Shown here piece after piece: positions 47,355 to 58,006 of a stretch of DNA of 64,000 nucleotides (positions are counted from its first letter, which is position 1; each line of letters begins with the position of its first letter). This DNA comes from Pseudorhodoplanes sp. (lineage in GTDB: Bacteria; Pseudomonadota; Alphaproteobacteria; Rhizobiales; Xanthobacteraceae): contig JAVSMS010000001.1 of the NCBI GenBank assembly GCA_032027085.1, positions 272,783 to 336,782 on the forward strand. The letters are read 5' to 3'. Below the pieces are notes generated by a model. The model had not been told where the DNA came from. It saw only the letters and a list, made by a program, of their open reading frames with translations, and searched no databases. Both the position numbers and the translations under genes were made by a program.

Positions 47355-49447
47355 GCGCGCGCTCCCAAAATGGTAATGATCAGATTGCCGAGCGCATCCA
47401 CTTCGACACTGTCTCCAGGCAACGCCACGGTGGTCGAAGCATGCTCCTCGATCAGGGCGGGGCCTTCAATGCGATTCCCGGCGAGTAGCACCGGGCGCGT
47501 AAATGTCGGCGTGTCGACAAAGCCAATATCCTGAAAGAATGCCTTGCGGCTTCCGGTCTGAGCCTCTCTTGATGGTGTCGCTTTGCCTGTCTTGATGCGC
47601 TCAAGGCCCGGTTTTTCGACGATACCGGTCACCGTAGTACGCAGGTTCGCAATTTCGGCCGGCTCGTGCGGGGCCGACGTGCCATAGCGCTGTAAGTGCA
47701 CCGCATCAAATAGTTCTTTGATCCCTTTCCGGTCCTTGTTGTCGAAATATCTGTGTGGGATGTCCACCGTCACTGAATGTTCCTGCCCGACGTAGCGCAT
47801 GTCGAGAGCACGCTGCACGATTATCTCCCGCGGAGAAATGGCTGAAGCGGCAATGGCGGCGCGACCCTCCTGTTCCAGCTCTCCGAAAACAGCCTCGAAC
47901 GTCCCAAAGTCCATGCTCTCAAGCGCAATGAACCAAGTACGCACGAAATCGTAGCGCAAATCCGAGAACAGCATGCCAAAGGCGGAAAAATGGCCGGGCG
48001 CACGTGGAATAATGACTTTGCGAATTCCAATTTCGCGGGCGACGGCAGTTGCATGCAGCGGCCCAGCTCCACCATAGGCGACGAGCGCAAAACTGCCGGC
48101 GTCCAAACCTCGCTCGGTGGTAACCCCTTTCACAGCATACGACATCTTTGTCGCAGCGATGCGGAGGATGCCACTGGCAGCGTCCGTCGTACTGAGCCCG
48201 AGCGGCTGCGCTACGCGGCTAGTGATCGCGCGTTCAGCCGCCGCAACATCCAGCTTCATTTCACCGCCGAGAAAACGGTCAGCTCCAAGGCGACCGAGCA
48301 AGAGATTGGCATCAGTGATCGTCGGCTCTGCACCGCCACGACCGTAGCAAGCAGGACCTGGTTCCGCCCCGGCGCTTCTCGGTCCAACATGCAACGCACC
48401 GCCATGCTCGACGCGCGCGATAGAGCCGCCGCCTGTACCCACCTCAAAAATATCAATGGTCGAAACCTGGATCGGCAAAGCGCGATCGTAACTTCCGATT
48501 AGCGCATGACCTGTCGTCAGCGCGCGGCCATCGAGAATGACGCCTGCCTTAGCGGTCGTGCCGCCCATATCAAAGGCGATGGCATTGTCCATCTCCAACG
48601 CATGGCACAGCGCCTGGGTGCCGATCACGCCGGATGCCGGGCCAGATTCCAGAATACGAATACATTCGCTGCGCGCCTTGTCGAGTTCGAACAATCCACC
48701 AGTCGACTGGACAACAAGGAATGTGCCCTTGAATCCCTCACCGGTGATACATTCGCCAATTTCATCGAGATAGCGCTGCACACGTGGCCCAATGAATGCA
48801 TTGGCGACCACAGTCGAGCAACGCTCGAACTCGCGGTATTCCTGCGACAGCTCATGGGAGGCCGAGACAAAAACGTTGGGAAGATGTTGCTGAAGGATTT
48901 CCTTCGCGCGCAGTTCATGCGCCGGGTTGCGGTAACAATGCAGAAACAGAATGGCGATCGCTTCGATCTTCTCGCGCTTGAAGACCTCCGCAAGCGCTAT
49001 CACCTCTGCCTCATCCAGTGGCTTGCAGACGCGCCCGTCAGCATAGAGGCGCTCTGCGACCTCATAGCACTGCGCCCGCGGTACCAGTGGCAGATGCTTC
49101 TGAAAAAATAGATTGTAGGCGTCTGGACGGTTGATCCGACCGATTTCGTAAACATCGCGGAATCCGCGCGTAGTCACGAGCGCCGTCTTGGCACCTGTAC
49201 GCTCCAGCATCGTATTAATTGCGACGGTCGAGCCGTGAAGAAACAGACCCGCTTCGGAAAATTTAGTGCCAGCCTTGGTGACCCCAGCTTCAATGCCTTC
49301 CACCATCGCTCGCGGAGTGGAAAGGCTTTTTCCGAGCAGAAGCCGCTTGTTGGTCTGGTCAAACGCCGCAACGTCCGTAAATGTCCCGCCGATATCAGCG
49401 GCAAGGCGAAGCGCTGCGGAAGTTGGCTGTGACATAGATTTCGGCAT
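47351..49447 (-). CDS. hyuA: hydantoinase A / oxoprolinase family protein
   Basis: 698 aa. LAADIGGTFTDVAAF N-terminal ATPase motif, FDMGGTTAK. Confidence 0.85.
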   Translation of the reverse strand: MPKSMSQPTSAALRLAADIGGTFTDVAAFDQTNKRLLLGKSLSTPRAMVEGIEAGVTKAGTKFSEAGLFLHGSTVAINTMLERTGAKTALVTTRGFRDVYEIGRINRPDAYNLFFQKHLPLVPRAQCYEVAERLYADGRVCKPLDEAEVIALAEVFKREKIEAIAILFLHCYRNPAHELRAKEILQQHLPNVFVSASHELSQEYREFERCSTVVANAFIGPRVQRYLDEIGECITGEGFKGTFLVVQSTGGLFELDKARSECIRILESGPASGVIGTQALCHALEMDNAIAFDMGGTTAKAGVILDGRALTTGHALIGSYDRALPIQVSTIDIFEVGTGGGSIARVEHGGALHVGPRSAGAEPGPACYGRGGAEPTITDANLLLGRLGADRFLGGEMKLDVAAAERAITSRVAQPLGLSTTDAASGILRIAATKMSYAVKGVTTERGLDAGSFALVAYGGAGPLHATAVAREIGIRKVIIPRAPGHFSAFGMLFSDLRYDFVRTWFIALESMDFGTFEAVFGELEQEGRAAIAASAISPREIIVQRALDMRYVGQEHSVTVDIPHRYFDNKDRKGIKELFDAVHLQRYGTSAPHEPAEIANLRTTVTGIVEKPGLERIKTGKATPSREAQTGSRKAFFQDIGFVDTPTFTRPVLLAGNRIEGPALIEEHASTTVALPGDSVEVDALGNLIITILGARA

Positions 49448-49580
49448 CCGGCGGCAGCACTCCCCCTGGTTTTTTTCGCCAGATTTTCTGGCGCGTTTTT
49501 TGATGATACGCGCAGGTGGCGTACCATCCGCATGCGTTTCTCAATGGCAAATTATTTGTCCATTAGCAAATGGAGTTTTT

Positions 49581-50354
49581 ATGCGCGACCAGCGTAAGGG
49601 GATCCAGTCAGTCGAGCAGGGGGCTAAGCTATTGGAAGCTTTAATAAAGTCTCGAAAACCGCTGCCCTTGAAGACACTCGCGAGCTTGGCGGAAATGTCT
49701 GCAAGCATGGCGCACCGGTACCTCACTAGCTTCATTCGGACCGAACTTGTGCAGCAGGATCCCGTAAGTGGCCATTATGATTTGGGTACGCTGGCGTTAC
49801 GGCTAGGGCTCGCCGCCCTCAATCGCTCCGATTACATGCAGGTTGCCGAGTACGAGTTCAGGCAATTGGTCGAACGGGTTGATATTGACGGCCATATCTC
49901 GGTCTGGGGCACGTATGGAGTCACCATGGTGCGCTACCACAATCGGCACGCACCAATTCTATCCAACTTCCGACTGGGAGATGTCTTATCGCTGCTGGAT
50001 TCCGCTGCTGGTCGGATTTTCCTAACCTATCTCAGCGATCCCACAACGCGGCCTATCCTGAATGCCGAAATATCCAAGTCCGAGGACAACAAGCCCTCTG
50101 CCGAGGACATAAAGAACATCACACAATTCGTTCGCAAGGAAGGATATGCTTGGATTGATGGTCAGGTTTTTCACAGCATACGCGCAATTGCAGCGCCGAT
50201 CTTCGATTCGCAGGGGGATCTGCAGGCAACGATTTCCCTCGTGAGCAATCAGGCGTCGCTGGTCCAATTTCCAAATCCGGTCCTGGATGACCTGAAGAAG
50301 ACTGCAGAGCGAATTTCGTACCGGCTTGGGTGGTCCGCTACTCCTGCACCGTAA
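49581..50354 (+). CDS. IclR-family transcriptional regulator
   Basis: Start at MRDQRKGIQSVEQGAKLLEAL (ATG 49581). HTH LKTLASLAEMSASMAHRYLTSF, with a C-terminal IclR effector domain. The ORF-track start 49266 overlaps hyuA on the opposite strand. Confidence 0.8.
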   Translation: MRDQRKGIQSVEQGAKLLEALIKSRKPLPLKTLASLAEMSASMAHRYLTSFIRTELVQQDPVSGHYDLGTLALRLGLAALNRSDYMQVAEYEFRQLVERVDIDGHISVWGTYGVTMVRYHNRHAPILSNFRLGDVLSLLDSAAGRIFLTYLSDPTTRPILNAEISKSEDNKPSAEDIKNITQFVRKEGYAWIDGQVFHSIRAIAAPIFDSQGDLQATISLVSNQASLVQFPNPVLDDLKKTAERISYRLGWSATPAP

Positions 50355-50507
50355 TGACGTCGCGCTGTAGTTTCTGGGCACCAGCGGACGCGCTCCATAA
50401 TCTGTCATTATCGGAATCGGCGTCCCGTCTTGCTAATGAAACCATATTCATTATTTCATTGAAACCTCTCTTGACGCCTTTCTTTTGTCTAACTAAAACC
50501 TAGGTCC

Positions 50508-51194
50508 ATGAGAATCGCTCAAGGCGCAAGATACCAGCGCAACCAAATCGAAGAGGCTTTGGCCTACGCTGTGCACTTCAGGCCGCCGGTCCAGCCAGAG
50601 TTGCGTTTGGAAATCAAGCGCTTGCTTGATACCGACCGGAAGATTGGCATCAGTCCCCGGGCCAAATCCGCCGAATCCCGCCACTTGGCTTTTGTCAGCC
50701 ACCGGCCGGAAGGCACAGGCTTCAATATCGAGTACGCAGACTACGACGTCTTCGCCCTCTACGTCGGCATTAAGCTGCTGCGAGCAGGCTTCACCCAGCT
50801 CGGAATTGCAACGCTCATGCGCCGGTTGCGACCTGCGCTCATCGAGAAGCACCAGGAAATTCTTTCCTGGCAACCGGCCTCATTGCTCGACAACAAACCC
50901 GAGGTTGATCTGGAGACTAGTGTAAGCGAGGGCCAGTTGGTCAAGACGCTTGAGAATATGGTCTGTCTCATCTTGCCGACCGGCAAATACTCCGGCCTGG
51001 CGTTCAAGACCCAAGCTGATCAGGACCAAGGCCGGCCCGCCAATATCGCGCATGGCAAGGACGCCATCGAGGATCGACTACAAATCGAGCTGGCGTTCGG
51101 CGCAACCCCTGTCACCATTGAACTCGTCAATCCCACGCACCGCCTGGCCTATTGGCTCAGGCGAACCGAGCGCCTGGAACGAGGCCGGAAATAA
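50508..51194 (+). CDS. hypothetical protein
   Basis: 228-aa ORF and the first ORF after the IclR gene. It immediately precedes the module-2 ParB-methylase gene. No recognisable motif. Confidence 0.4.
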   Translation: MRIAQGARYQRNQIEEALAYAVHFRPPVQPELRLEIKRLLDTDRKIGISPRAKSAESRHLAFVSHRPEGTGFNIEYADYDVFALYVGIKLLRAGFTQLGIATLMRRLRPALIEKHQEILSWQPASLLDNKPEVDLETSVSEGQLVKTLENMVCLILPTGKYSGLAFKTQADQDQGRPANIAHGKDAIEDRLQIELAFGATPVTIELVNPTHRLAYWLRRTERLERGRK

Positions 51195-51274
51195 CGGAGG
51201 CATCGATGTGAAAGACGTTTAAACACTCTATTGCAACTATTTGAAACCACATTCGCAGCTTTAATGGAGAAACC

Positions 51275-52645
51275 ATGAATCCCAGTCATTTTTATCCACT
51301 GAACGTCGAATATCGGCGAATAGAGGAACTGAAGCCCTCCCCTCACAACGCGCGCACCCATTCGCGCAAGCAAATCAAACAGGTTGCTCGCTCAATCAAG
51401 CAGTTTGGCTTCACTAATCCTGTTCTGATCGACGATACGGGCCGGATCATTTCCGGCCATTGTCGTGTGGAGGCGGCCAAGCTGCTTGGGCTTCAGGAAG
51501 TGCCGACTGTAAAACTATCATATCTAAGCAAGGCCCAGGTCCGCGCCTATATGATTGCCGACAACAAGCTCGCCGAGAATGCGGGCTGGGATAAAAGTAT
51601 TCTAGTTCTAGAATTCCAGGAATTGATCGAGCTCGGTTTCGACGTTGAGTTCACCGGCTTCTCGATGGCCGAGATTGATCTAACCCTGGGCGAGATCGGC
51701 GAAAGCGCGTTATCGGCGGAGAATACAGTTGTAGAGCAGGAAGTGGGCGCCCTTCCGATCATCAACCCAGGCGATTTGTGGCAGCTCGGGGTGCATCGCC
51801 TCCTGCATGGGGACGCGCTTGATCCAAGGAGCTATGAGCAGTTGCTACGAGGCGAGAAAGCCTCCGCGGTCTTTGCGGACCCGCCCTACAACGTGAAGAT
51901 CGATGGGCATGTCAGCGGTCTTGGCAAAACTCGGCATCGGGAGTTTGCCATGGCCTCGGGCGAGATGTCGGAGGCGGAATTCACCGGCTTTCTGACGAGC
52001 CTGTTCAAAAATCTCGTCCAGAACAGCAAAGACGGATCAATTCACTTCATCTGCATGGACTGGCGGCATCTGCAAGAGGCGCTCGCAGCCGGAAATGCCA
52101 CCTATGATGAGCTGAAGAACCTGTGCGTCTGGAACAAGAACAACGGCGGGATGGGATCGCTTTATCGTTCCAAGCATGAGCTCGTCTTTGTGTACAAGCA
52201 TGGCCAGGCTCCGCACCTCAATAATGTGGAGCTCGGCAAGCATGGTCGATCCCGCTTCAATGTCTGGGACTATCCGGGGGTGAATACGTTTCGGCCCGGC
52301 CGCGATGAGGCGGTCAGTGCACACCCTACCGTGAAGCCGGTGGCGCTGGTTGCCGATGCCATTCTGGACGTCACCCGCCGCAAGGACATCGTTCTGGACC
52401 CGTGCGGGGGATCAGGAACGACGCTCATTGCGGCGGATCGCACAGGTCGTCATGCGCGACTCATCGAAATCGACCCACTCTACTGTGACGCAATCGTCCG
52501 CCGTTGGCAAAAGGCCACCGGCAAGCAGGCCATTCATGCTGAGACTGGCCGAACCTTTGACGATATTGCCGCCACCAAGCTTGCCATTGTGCAAGCGGCG
52601 CGTCAGCACGCGCTTCCCGAACTCTCGCAGGTAGGTGATGCATAA
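51275..52645 (+). CDS. ParB-like nuclease domain / DNA methyltransferase fusion protein (module 2)
   Basis: 456 aa. LKPSPHNARTHSRKQIKQVARSIKQFGFTNPVLID, FADPPYN, LDPCGGSGTT. Paralog of 1752..3161. Confidence 0.9.
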   Translation: MNPSHFYPLNVEYRRIEELKPSPHNARTHSRKQIKQVARSIKQFGFTNPVLIDDTGRIISGHCRVEAAKLLGLQEVPTVKLSYLSKAQVRAYMIADNKLAENAGWDKSILVLEFQELIELGFDVEFTGFSMAEIDLTLGEIGESALSAENTVVEQEVGALPIINPGDLWQLGVHRLLHGDALDPRSYEQLLRGEKASAVFADPPYNVKIDGHVSGLGKTRHREFAMASGEMSEAEFTGFLTSLFKNLVQNSKDGSIHFICMDWRHLQEALAAGNATYDELKNLCVWNKNNGGMGSLYRSKHELVFVYKHGQAPHLNNVELGKHGRSRFNVWDYPGVNTFRPGRDEAVSAHPTVKPVALVADAILDVTRRKDIVLDPCGGSGTTLIAADRTGRHARLIEIDPLYCDAIVRRWQKATGKQAIHAETGRTFDDIAATKLAIVQAARQHALPELSQVGDA

Positions 52646-53072
52646 TTCAGATGATGATGGCGCCAACAGCGCCGGGAAACGGAACTACACAGTCGGTTAC
52701 AAAAAGCCACCCAGTCATTCGCGTTTCAAGCCCGGACAGAGCGGCAATCCGAGCGGACGGCCCAAAAAGGCCCCGAGTCTGAGTACTCACGCAAAGAACA
52801 TTCTATCTGAGAAGATAGCAATGCGAGAGGGCGATCAAGTCAAACACATCACCATGCGCGAGGCTCTCCTACGGACAACTCTAAAAGCAGCGTTAAGCGG
52901 CGACCATCGCGCGAGGCAGTTCTACCTTCTGCTGATTCAACAATCAGAGCACGAAGAACGGGTCACGACCGGCAATGAAGACCAGTTTGCCGAGTTACAG
53001 GAAGTGGACCAGATCATTCTGGATGAATTCCAAGCCCACTTTAGCACAAAGGAAGCGGAAGATGGCAGCTGA
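52635..53072 (+). CDS. DUF5681-type phage-associated protein (module 2)
   Basis: 145 aa with a GQSGNPSGRPKK motif. Paralog of 3158..3595. Confidence 0.6.
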   Translation: MMHNSDDDGANSAGKRNYTVGYKKPPSHSRFKPGQSGNPSGRPKKAPSLSTHAKNILSEKIAMREGDQVKHITMREALLRTTLKAALSGDHRARQFYLLLIQQSEHEERVTTGNEDQFAELQEVDQIILDEFQAHFSTKEAEDGS

Positions 53073-54501
53073 GGCTGTCAAAAGATCTCCCGTCACTCAC
53101 GATGTCATCTCGCAGCAGCGCCTCTTGCAGGCGCTGCTGCGGACAGACCTTGCCTCCTTTATCGGTAAGACCTTCGGGCAGATCGCGCCGGGCGCCACGT
53201 ATCTGCCCAACTGGCACATCCGCGCCATTGCCTGGCATCTGCAGCAGGTCGAGGCCGGCCAGATCAAGCGCCTCCTGATCACCATGCCGCCGCGCTCGCT
53301 CAAGTCGATCGCGGCCTCGGTTGCATTCCCGGCCTGGCTTTTAGGCCGCGATCCGACACGCCGCATCATTTGCGTGAGCTATGCGAATGAACTCGCCGTC
53401 AAGCATGCAAATGACTGTCGCGCAGTCATGCAGTCGGATTGGTATCAGGGGCTGTTTCCGCAAAACCGCATTCGCCGCCTGAAGAATACCGAACACGAGG
53501 TGCACACTGTCAATAACGGCTACCGATTTGCAACCACAACCGGCGGCACTCTGACAGGTCGTGGCGGCAACCTCATTATTATCGACGATCCGATCAAGGC
53601 AAGCGAGGCAGCGTCGGAGGCAGCCCGCGTCAAGGTCAAATCCTGGTTCGACGAGACCCTCCTGTCGCGTCTGGACAACAAGACCGAGGATGCGATCGTC
53701 CTCGTCATGCAGCGGCTGCACGTCGATGATCTTGCCGGCCATGTGCTGGAGAAAGGCGGCTGGGTGCATCTCAATCTGCCGGCCATTGCGGAAAGCGAGA
53801 CCAGGACCGTCACCGGGCCCAACCGACATTATGTGCGTAAAGTCGGTGAGGTGCTCCACCCGGCCCGCGAGCCGAGATTCGTTCTCGATGAATTAAAGGT
53901 GGCCATGGGCTCAAGCGCCTTCTCAGCGCAGTACCAGCAGGCTCCGGTCCCACCCGGCGGCAACATGATCCGCTGGGAATGGTTTGAAATCTATGACGAG
54001 CTCCCTCCCCTCGGCCCCAACGACAAGATCGTCACCAGCTGGGATACGGCCTCGAAGGCGACCGAGCTTGCCGATTACACCGTTGGCATCACTTTCCAGA
54101 CCGCTGGCGAGCGCATTTTCATTCGCGATGTTGTACGGGAGCGGCTGGACTACCCTAGCCTCATCCGCCGTGTTCTGGTCGAGCGCGAGCGCTGGAAGCC
54201 CACTGCTCTGCTCATTGAAGACAAGGGGTCAGGCACGAGCCTCATTCAGGACCTGCGATCGAAATTCGTGCCGGTCATTCCCATTTTACCCGAAGGCGAC
54301 AAGATTGTGCGCATGAGCGCGCAATCGGCCAAGATCGAGGGCGGGGCTGTTTATCTTCCCAAGCGCGCTGATTGGCTCGGCGACTTCCGTTCCGAGATTC
54401 TCGCCTTTCCACATGGGCAGTTTGATGACCAGGTAGACGCGCTGTCGCAAGGACTGCGCTGGATCACCGGCCGGCAGCGCTCGTTGCTCGACGTTCTCTA
54501 G
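53062..54501 (+). CDS. terminase large subunit family protein (intact)
   Basis: Start taken at MAAEAVKRS (ATG 53062). LLITMPPRSLKS, LIIIDDP, VMQRLHVDDL, YQQAPVPPGG, FPHGQFDDQVDALSQ. Collinear with the frameshifted copy 3592..4993. Confidence 0.85.
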   Translation: MAAEAVKRSPVTHDVISQQRLLQALLRTDLASFIGKTFGQIAPGATYLPNWHIRAIAWHLQQVEAGQIKRLLITMPPRSLKSIAASVAFPAWLLGRDPTRRIICVSYANELAVKHANDCRAVMQSDWYQGLFPQNRIRRLKNTEHEVHTVNNGYRFATTTGGTLTGRGGNLIIIDDPIKASEAASEAARVKVKSWFDETLLSRLDNKTEDAIVLVMQRLHVDDLAGHVLEKGGWVHLNLPAIAESETRTVTGPNRHYVRKVGEVLHPAREPRFVLDELKVAMGSSAFSAQYQQAPVPPGGNMIRWEWFEIYDELPPLGPNDKIVTSWDTASKATELADYTVGITFQTAGERIFIRDVVRERLDYPSLIRRVLVERERWKPTALLIEDKGSGTSLIQDLRSKFVPVIPILPEGDKIVRMSAQSAKIEGGAVYLPKRADWLGDFRSEILAFPHGQFDDQVDALSQGLRWITGRQRSLLDVL

Positions 54502-54791
54502 CGCGCAGGCGGCACGGCAGAAAGCGTTCGCTTTTCGAAGACTCCGCTTGCCCTCACGAATTTTAATGCGTCGATGGTCAGGCGGGTTGGATCCCGCTTT
54601 CCCTCCTGGCTGAGTTCGATGATTTTCTTTGCCAGCAGTTCCGAGACGGCGGGCGACCGATCCCGAAGTTCTCCGGTATGGGTCAGGATTTCAATGGCAC
54701 GGTCATAAGAGGCTGCGAGCACGGCCAAAGTCTCGGGCTCCAGCGCCTCCTGACGCGACGACACGCCTTGTTCCATGACGCCTTGTTCCAT
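54498..54791 (-). CDS. hypothetical protein
   Basis: 97-aa ORF convergent with TerL. It starts with a tandem 15-nt duplication (MEQGV MEQGV). No family recognised. Confidence 0.3.
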   Translation of the reverse strand: MEQGVMEQGVSSRQEALEPETLAVLAASYDRAIEILTHTGELRDRSPAVSELLAKKIIELSQEGKRDPTRLTIDALKFVRASGVFEKRTLSAVPPAR

Positions 54792-54957
54792 GACGCCTTA
54801 CACCGCCAATGCCGCAGAGGTTCATTCGCCTGGCTGTCGGCTTGACACATTATTCTATGAACAGCGTAACCCCGCGCTCAAGGGTACCGCCGGTTGAAAA
54901 CATGGCGGGCCATTGCGGGACTAGGTTGCTTACCAAAGATGCTCGATCTGCCGCCCA

Positions 54958-55233
54958 ATGAGCCAGAAAATTGCTCTCATTGCGCTCGACTTCGGCGGCA
55001 AAGCACGCATGTCTGTGGGCATGACAAAGCCACCAGACCGCAGTGCAACAAAGGCCCTGCTCAAGCAGGAGCTGAAGGACATCCACCGGCGATTGCGCAA
55101 GGCCCAAAACCTGGTCGAGGCCAACGAACTCGAACAGGCCGTCGCTGCTGCAGGCGAAATCGCTGAGCTCGCCTGGCAAGTCGCTCATATTCTTGTCGCC
55201 GAGGAACTCCTGCACCGTTTTACAAAGACATAA
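54958..55233 (+). CDS. conserved hypothetical protein (paralog of 7551..7877)
   Basis: 91 aa, helical. The DRSATKALLKQELKD...AAAGEIAELAWQ block is shared with module 1. Confidence 0.5.
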   Translation: MSQKIALIALDFGGKARMSVGMTKPPDRSATKALLKQELKDIHRRLRKAQNLVEANELEQAVAAAGEIAELAWQVAHILVAEELLHRFTKT

Positions 55234-55293
55234 AGCCGCTCGCCTCTCCAAAAACCACGGCTGCCGCGCCTGCACTCGCATGGCGCGGCCGGG

Positions 55294-55773
55294 GTGGTGA
55301 CAGCGCCCGCTGTCGCAACCACGGAGACAAAAATGCAGGACAATTTGAAGAGCGGTCCGAACGCCGAGAGGCATGAGGGGATTGCTGCCGATTCCTCTCC
55401 TTCCAGGGAAGGTCGCGAGGGATCACGCCGACCGACGGCGAGCCGCCGATTGACTGGAGCCGCTAAAGGCAAAACGAAGGCCGGCACCGCGCGCCCTGCG
55501 TCAAAGCAGGCAAGAGTGATCGACCTTCTGCATCGCAAGGAAGGCACGAGTATCGCAGCGATCATGAAGACGACCGGCTGGCAGCGACATTCCGTGCACG
55601 GGTTTCTTGCGGGTGTGGTGCGCAGAAAGCTGAAACTCAACCTCGTCCGCTCTGGCGATGCTGAAAAAGCGATCTACCGCGTCATGCCAGGCAAGTTACA
55701 AAGGTCGCATACGAAATCTGGCCAGCCCGCCCGCAAACCGGCCAAGCGCGCGATCAGCAAGCGGGCGCGCTGA
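55294..55773 (+). CDS. DUF3489 domain protein (module 2)
   Basis: SKQARVIDLLHRKEGTSIAAIMKTTGWQRHSVHGFLAGVVRRKLKL. Confidence 0.7.
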   Translation: MVTAPAVATTETKMQDNLKSGPNAERHEGIAADSSPSREGREGSRRPTASRRLTGAAKGKTKAGTARPASKQARVIDLLHRKEGTSIAAIMKTTGWQRHSVHGFLAGVVRRKLKLNLVRSGDAEKAIYRVMPGKLQRSHTKSGQPARKPAKRAISKRAR

Positions 55774-56234
55774 TGCAGGAAAATGTGGATCAAGAAATCG
55801 AAGCCGAGGTCAATCGGCTTCGGTCCATGCCCAAGGCCGAGCTGCGCGTGCGCTACCGCACGCTGTTCAAGGCCGAGCCGCCCAAGGCCTTTGGTCCGGA
55901 CCTCTTGCGGCGAAGCATCGCCTACAAGATCCAGGAACAGGCCTATGGCGGATTGGATGCTGACACACGACGCCTCTTGAACAACCTCATGGCCCAGCAG
56001 GCCAGGAGCAAGGACGGCCGCATCGTCATCCCGCGCCGGATCAAGCCGGGCGCTGTTCTGGTGCGCGACTGGAAGGGCAAGAGCCACCGCGTCATGGTTC
56101 TGGAGGATGGCTTTGCCTATGAGGGCAAACCCTATGCCAGCCTCTCCGAAATCGCCCGGGCGATCACCGGCGCTCGCTGGAACGGGCCGCGCTTCTTCGG
56201 CCTGCGCGCCAACAGCCGGGAGGTGTCGGCATGA
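55773..56234 (+). CDS. DUF2924 domain protein (module 2)
   Basis: 153 aa, near-collinear with 8387..8848 and with most residues identical by eye. Confidence 0.75.
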   Translation: MQENVDQEIEAEVNRLRSMPKAELRVRYRTLFKAEPPKAFGPDLLRRSIAYKIQEQAYGGLDADTRRLLNNLMAQQARSKDGRIVIPRRIKPGAVLVRDWKGKSHRVMVLEDGFAYEGKPYASLSEIARAITGARWNGPRFFGLRANSREVSA

Positions 56235-57826
56235 GGCGGAGGGCGTCTTCAGTCACCGCGGCGCAGGAGAGAATCCTGCGCTGCGCCATCTACACCCGCA
56301 AATCCACAGAACACGGACTGGAACTGGAATTCAACTCGCTGGATGCCCAGCGCGAGGCCTGTGAGGCCTATATCAAGTCGCAGGCCTCCGAAGGCTGGAC
56401 CTGCCTGCCCAAACGCTATGACGACCCGGCCTTCTCAGGCGGCAATCTCGAGCGCCCTGCCCTGCAGCGACTGCTGAAAGATATCGAGGCCGGTCTCGTC
56501 GATGTAATCGTCGTCTACAAGATCGACCGCCTCACCCGCTCCCTTGCCGATTTTGCCAAGCTGGTTGAGGTTTTCGACGCAAGGTCGATCTCGTTTGTGG
56601 CGATCACCCAGCAGTTCAACACCACAACCTCGATGGGCCGCCTGACGCTCAACATTCTGCTCTCCTTTGCCCAGTTCGAGCGCGAACTCTCCTCCGAACG
56701 GGTGCGGGACAAGGTCGCGGCCTCGCGCAGGAAAGGCAAATGGACCGGCGGCAGCGTGCCGCTCGGTTATGACAGCCGCGACAAGAAGCTCGTCGTGAAC
56801 CAGACCGAGGCGAGAACCATTCGGATGATCTTCGAGCGCTACCTCGCCCTGAAATCCGTCCCGAAACTGATCGAGGAGCTCGACCGCAAAGGCGTCGTCA
56901 CCAAGAAGCGTCCGCTGAAGGGCAAAACCGCTGGGGGCGTGCCCTTTAACTACGGCTCGCTCATCTATCTGCTCAAGAACCGCACGTATCTCGACGAGGT
57001 CGGCCACGGCGGCAAATGGTTCGAGGGAGAACATGAGTCGATCCTGGATCGCGGCGCGTTTGAGCGGGTTCAGGAAACACTAAAGACCAATGCCGTCCAG
57101 CGCCGCAAGCAGCGTGCCGAGACCGGCGCCCTGCTCGCCAGGCTCCTGTACGACGACCGCGGCAATCGAATGAGCCCAAGCTATTCGATCAAGAACGGCG
57201 TGCGTTATCCATTTTATGTGAGCGCTGCCATCCTCAAAGGCCGAAAGAAAGATGCCGGCTCGGTTGCGCGCGTCCCGGCGACAGAAATCGAAAAGGCAGT
57301 AGTCACCGCGCTCCGCAAGTATTCCGACGAAGCAGGGGCTGACATCGACCTCACCCCGCAGGACTTTTTCGAACGCCTGGTGCAACGAATTGTCGTCCGA
57401 CACACCAAAATCGTCATCGATTTCAAAGACGCAGCATCAGTCCAAGGCGCGACCAAATCCCTCTCACCGCTCGAAATACCTTGGTCTCGACCCAGGAAAA
57501 ATGGCTTTGCGGAGGTCAGCGAACCCGAGGATGCGCACGACAGCGGGACCGTTCACGATCAACCTAAGCCAGAGTTCGTGCAGGCGGTGGCACGGGCCCA
57601 TCTGTGGCTCAAGCGGTTACAAGATGGCACCTATCACTCGATAGAGGATCTCGGCCGCGCCGCGAATATTCATCCGAAGAACGTGCGAATTGGATTGCGG
57701 CTGGCGTTCCTTGCTCCGAAGATCACAAAAGCTATCCTCACAGGAAGCTCGCTCAGTGGAAAGATGTCTTCGGGCTTAGTCCAAACAGCCGACGCGCTAT
57801 CGTGGCGCGACCATGCGAGCGCCTAA
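56231..57826 (+). CDS. large serine recombinase (module 2)
   Basis: 531 aa. AIYTRKSTEHGLELEFNSLDAQREACEAYI...YKIDRLTRSL. The first ~400 residues are nearly identical to 8845..10470 and the C-terminal ~130 residues diverge. Confidence 0.9.
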   Translation: MRRRASSVTAAQERILRCAIYTRKSTEHGLELEFNSLDAQREACEAYIKSQASEGWTCLPKRYDDPAFSGGNLERPALQRLLKDIEAGLVDVIVVYKIDRLTRSLADFAKLVEVFDARSISFVAITQQFNTTTSMGRLTLNILLSFAQFERELSSERVRDKVAASRRKGKWTGGSVPLGYDSRDKKLVVNQTEARTIRMIFERYLALKSVPKLIEELDRKGVVTKKRPLKGKTAGGVPFNYGSLIYLLKNRTYLDEVGHGGKWFEGEHESILDRGAFERVQETLKTNAVQRRKQRAETGALLARLLYDDRGNRMSPSYSIKNGVRYPFYVSAAILKGRKKDAGSVARVPATEIEKAVVTALRKYSDEAGADIDLTPQDFFERLVQRIVVRHTKIVIDFKDAASVQGATKSLSPLEIPWSRPRKNGFAEVSEPEDAHDSGTVHDQPKPEFVQAVARAHLWLKRLQDGTYHSIEDLGRAANIHPKNVRIGLRLAFLAPKITKAILTGSSLSGKMSSGLVQTADALSWRDHASA

Positions 57827-58006
57827 CATCCTATGGAACATCTTTGATCGGCGCAGTTATCGGGCGCGGGCTGTGGCCGCAAAGAGCAATTTGTCATGCT
57901 TAAGCGACACTTCAAAATGACACCTTACAAGGCGAAGCGATTGGCGAGTACCTTTCCTAGGAGCGACGACGCGAGTTGGTCATCGTCGGCAACACCGCTT
58001 TCCATG